Assembly (NCBI GenBank): GCA_031366795.1
Contig: JANLOX010000315.1
Location: 1-10,136, forward strand
DNA: 10,136 bases
From: Candidatus Eiseniibacteriota bacterium
GTDB taxonomy: Bacteria > Eisenbacteria > RBG-16-71-46
Direction: 5' to 3'
The position numbers and the translations under genes are program-made. Of this stretch, positions 8,693 through 10,136 are shown one piece after another. Under the pieces are notes generated by a model, which was given only the letters and a program-made list of their open reading frames with translations, searched no databases and was not told the origin of the DNA. Numbering within the stretch: position 1 is the first letter of the stretch; every line of letters begins with the position of its first letter.

Positions 8693-8995
8693 ATGATGAG
8701 GAGCAGGCGTCCGTGGTGGGCATTGCTCACCGCGGCGACACTGGTGTTGGCGTCGATGTTGGCGCCGACGGAAGGAGCCGCGTACCGAGTCGTAGGTTTG
8801 GAGCCAGGGGGAGCGGCGAAGGGGGATCCGGATGATCCGAGCGACGCTCCTATGACCTTATCCAAGTCAGCTTCAGGCCGATCTGCTATCCAGTTCTTGC
8901 TGGTGATCCAGCCACTCCCCGGCATTGTATTCACGGTGCCGGTTCGAGCTCTCCCGTCTCGGATCATTTCCTTTGCGAGGACCCGTACCAGATGA
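8693..8995 (+). CDS. Small (100 aa) exported protein or propeptide with a signal peptide and GDPDDP motif
   Basis: SD AAGGAG (8679-8684) 8 nt before the ATG. Sec-type signal MMRSRR-PWWALLTAATLVLASMLA-PTEGA/A, then a Gly/Pro/Asp-rich segment (GGAAKGDPDDPSD), a hydrophobic segment (AIQFLLVIQPLPGIVFTVPV) and a basic tail (RTRTR). Its stop overlaps the next ATG. Confidence 0.75.
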   Translation: MMRSRRPWWALLTAATLVLASMLAPTEGAAYRVVGLEPGGAAKGDPDDPSDAPMTLSKSASGRSAIQFLLVIQPLPGIVFTVPVRALPSRIISFARTRTR

Positions 8996-10136
8996 CACCG
9001 GCAATCGAACAGGCGCACGCGATGATCGCAAGCTTCGGGGGTTCCGAATCAGGGCGCCCCGGGATTGCGACCCCATCCCATGCTATCGAGCTCATTAACG
9101 AGCTGTTGGTGTGTGGGGAGTGGCGGCTTGCCCACGACCTGTGCCTTGCCACCGAGAGCCAGCGTCTGTCGATTGCTGAAGGTATCGAGCTTGAACTTTG
9201 CGCGATTGAGTGCCTAATCCGATTCGGCAAGCTGGACGATGCGCTCTCGCGATTGGATGTGGCCGCAATCCGGATGGACCGTGAGGCTGAGAATCTGCCC
9301 TCGAGGTTGAGTCAATGGTTTTCGATTTTGAGGGGTAGAGCCCTCTGGCGTGCACTTCGACTCCAGGAGGCCAAAGAGGTCCTGACAGCAGAGCGTGCAA
9401 GGCTCCTACAAGAACCCGATGGAAAGATGTTGGGATGGTGCTCCTTTATGCTGAGCAATGCCTACTGGGGCGAGGGGAATGTGACGAATGCCCGTCGATT
9501 CGTGACCGAGGCTTTGGTATCCGCCTATCGGAACGGCGATGCGCGGTTAGAAGCGTATGCGAATCACAGCGCTGGCCTGATGAGTCGTTTCTTGTGTCAC
9601 TGGATTGAGGCTCGAGCGCATCTCCGAGAAGCATTGGACTACGCGAGGAGCAAGGGGCATTCCGAGTTGGTAATTCATGCGCAGCGCTCCATCGGAATTG
9701 TGGACTGGAAGCGGGGGCGGCTCGATGCAGCGCGAACGAGTGCGCTGGAATCCGCACGGCTTGCCACTGCGATGAAGGCCGAGTTGTCGAGGTGTTTCGC
9801 GTTCGAGCTGCTTGCCCTGATCAGTTTGCATGGGGGAGACTTGGTGGAAGCACGCGACTTCCTACAAGTCGCACTAGACGCCCCCCGTGGGCTTGCTTCT
9901 ACTCGCCAGTCCCTGCTATCCGAGGAGTTTGCAGGGGATATTGAGTTGGAGGCCGGCCAAGTTCAGGAGGCTCTGCGGCGCTACGACGCTTCTCTGACTG
10001 GTGCCATTGTGCTCGTGCCCCGTGGCGACATCGTCGCGGAGCTCCGTCGCCGTCGCGCCGAATGCTTCCACCTGCTCGGCCGTCATGACGAAGCTTACGC
10101 CGAAGCGATGCTTGGCCTCGAGCACACGCGTGAACT
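8992..10136 (+). CDS. Large tetratricopeptide-repeat (TPR-like) protein, 3'-truncated; possibly the sensor region of a regulator
   Basis: I translated frame 1 by hand from ATG 8992 and found no stop in 381 codons: MTPAIEQAHAMIASFGG...CLIRFGKLDDALSRLD...LSNAYWGEGNVTNARRFVTEALVSAYRNGDARLEAYA...SIGIVDWKRGRLDAA...LISLHGGDLVEARDFLQVAL...FAGDIELEAGQVQEALRRYDASL...VPRGDIVAELRRRRAECFHLLGRHDEAYAEA. The G-x-x-x-x-A helix-turn-helix units recur about every 40 aa. It is missing from the ORF track because it has no stop in the window. Confidence 0.85.
   Translation, partial: MTPAIEQAHAMIASFGGSESGRPGIATPSHAIELINELLVCGEWRLAHDLCLATESQRLSIAEGIELELCAIECLIRFGKLDDALSRLDVAAIRMDREAENLPSRLSQWFSILRGRALWRALRLQEAKEVLTAERARLLQEPDGKMLGWCSFMLSNAYWGEGNVTNARRFVTEALVSAYRNGDARLEAYANHSAGLMSRFLCHWIEARAHLREALDYARSKGHSELVIHAQRSIGIVDWKRGRLDAARTSALESARLATAMKAELSRCFAFELLALISLHGGDLVEARDFLQVALDAPRGLASTRQSLLSEEFAGDIELEAGQVQEALRRYDASLTGAIVLVPRGDIVAELRRRRAECFHLLGRHDEAYAEAMLGLEHTRE

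Noticed and set aside
8488..9018. 176-aa minus-strand ORF and the other minus-strand ORFs in 8873-10125
   Set aside because: They are antisense to the RBS-supported, ATGA-coupled plus-strand pair and show no recognisable motifs.
1..10136. CRISPR array, tRNA/rRNA, transposase or integrase
   Set aside because: I saw no regularly spaced direct repeats, cloverleaf, rRNA-like sequence or recombinase motifs by eye.

Overview
High-GC bacterial window with two parts. Bases 1-8233 are ordinary chromosomal genes: the 3' end of rho; a convergent two-gene ABC-2 operon (ATPase plus a 1201-aa double-permease/M1 zinc aminopeptidase fusion) with a candidate ECF-sigma promoter inside a long inverted repeat; a CoA-pyrophosphatase-type Nudix hydrolase; and a minus-strand pair of a PIG-L-family deacetylase and a group II PLP-dependent decarboxylase. 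From about 8300 the codon usage changes and a divergent plus-strand cassette begins: palindromic sites, a sigma70-like promoter, a structured leader with a terminator-like hairpin, and a 100-aa protein with a signal peptide and a GDPDDP motif. That protein overlaps by ATGA a TPR-rich ORF of at least 381 codons that runs off the window and is absent from the supplied ORF track. This small exported protein plus TPR protein is the best candidate for an undescribed system, possibly RRNPP-like peptide signalling, but that function is inference.
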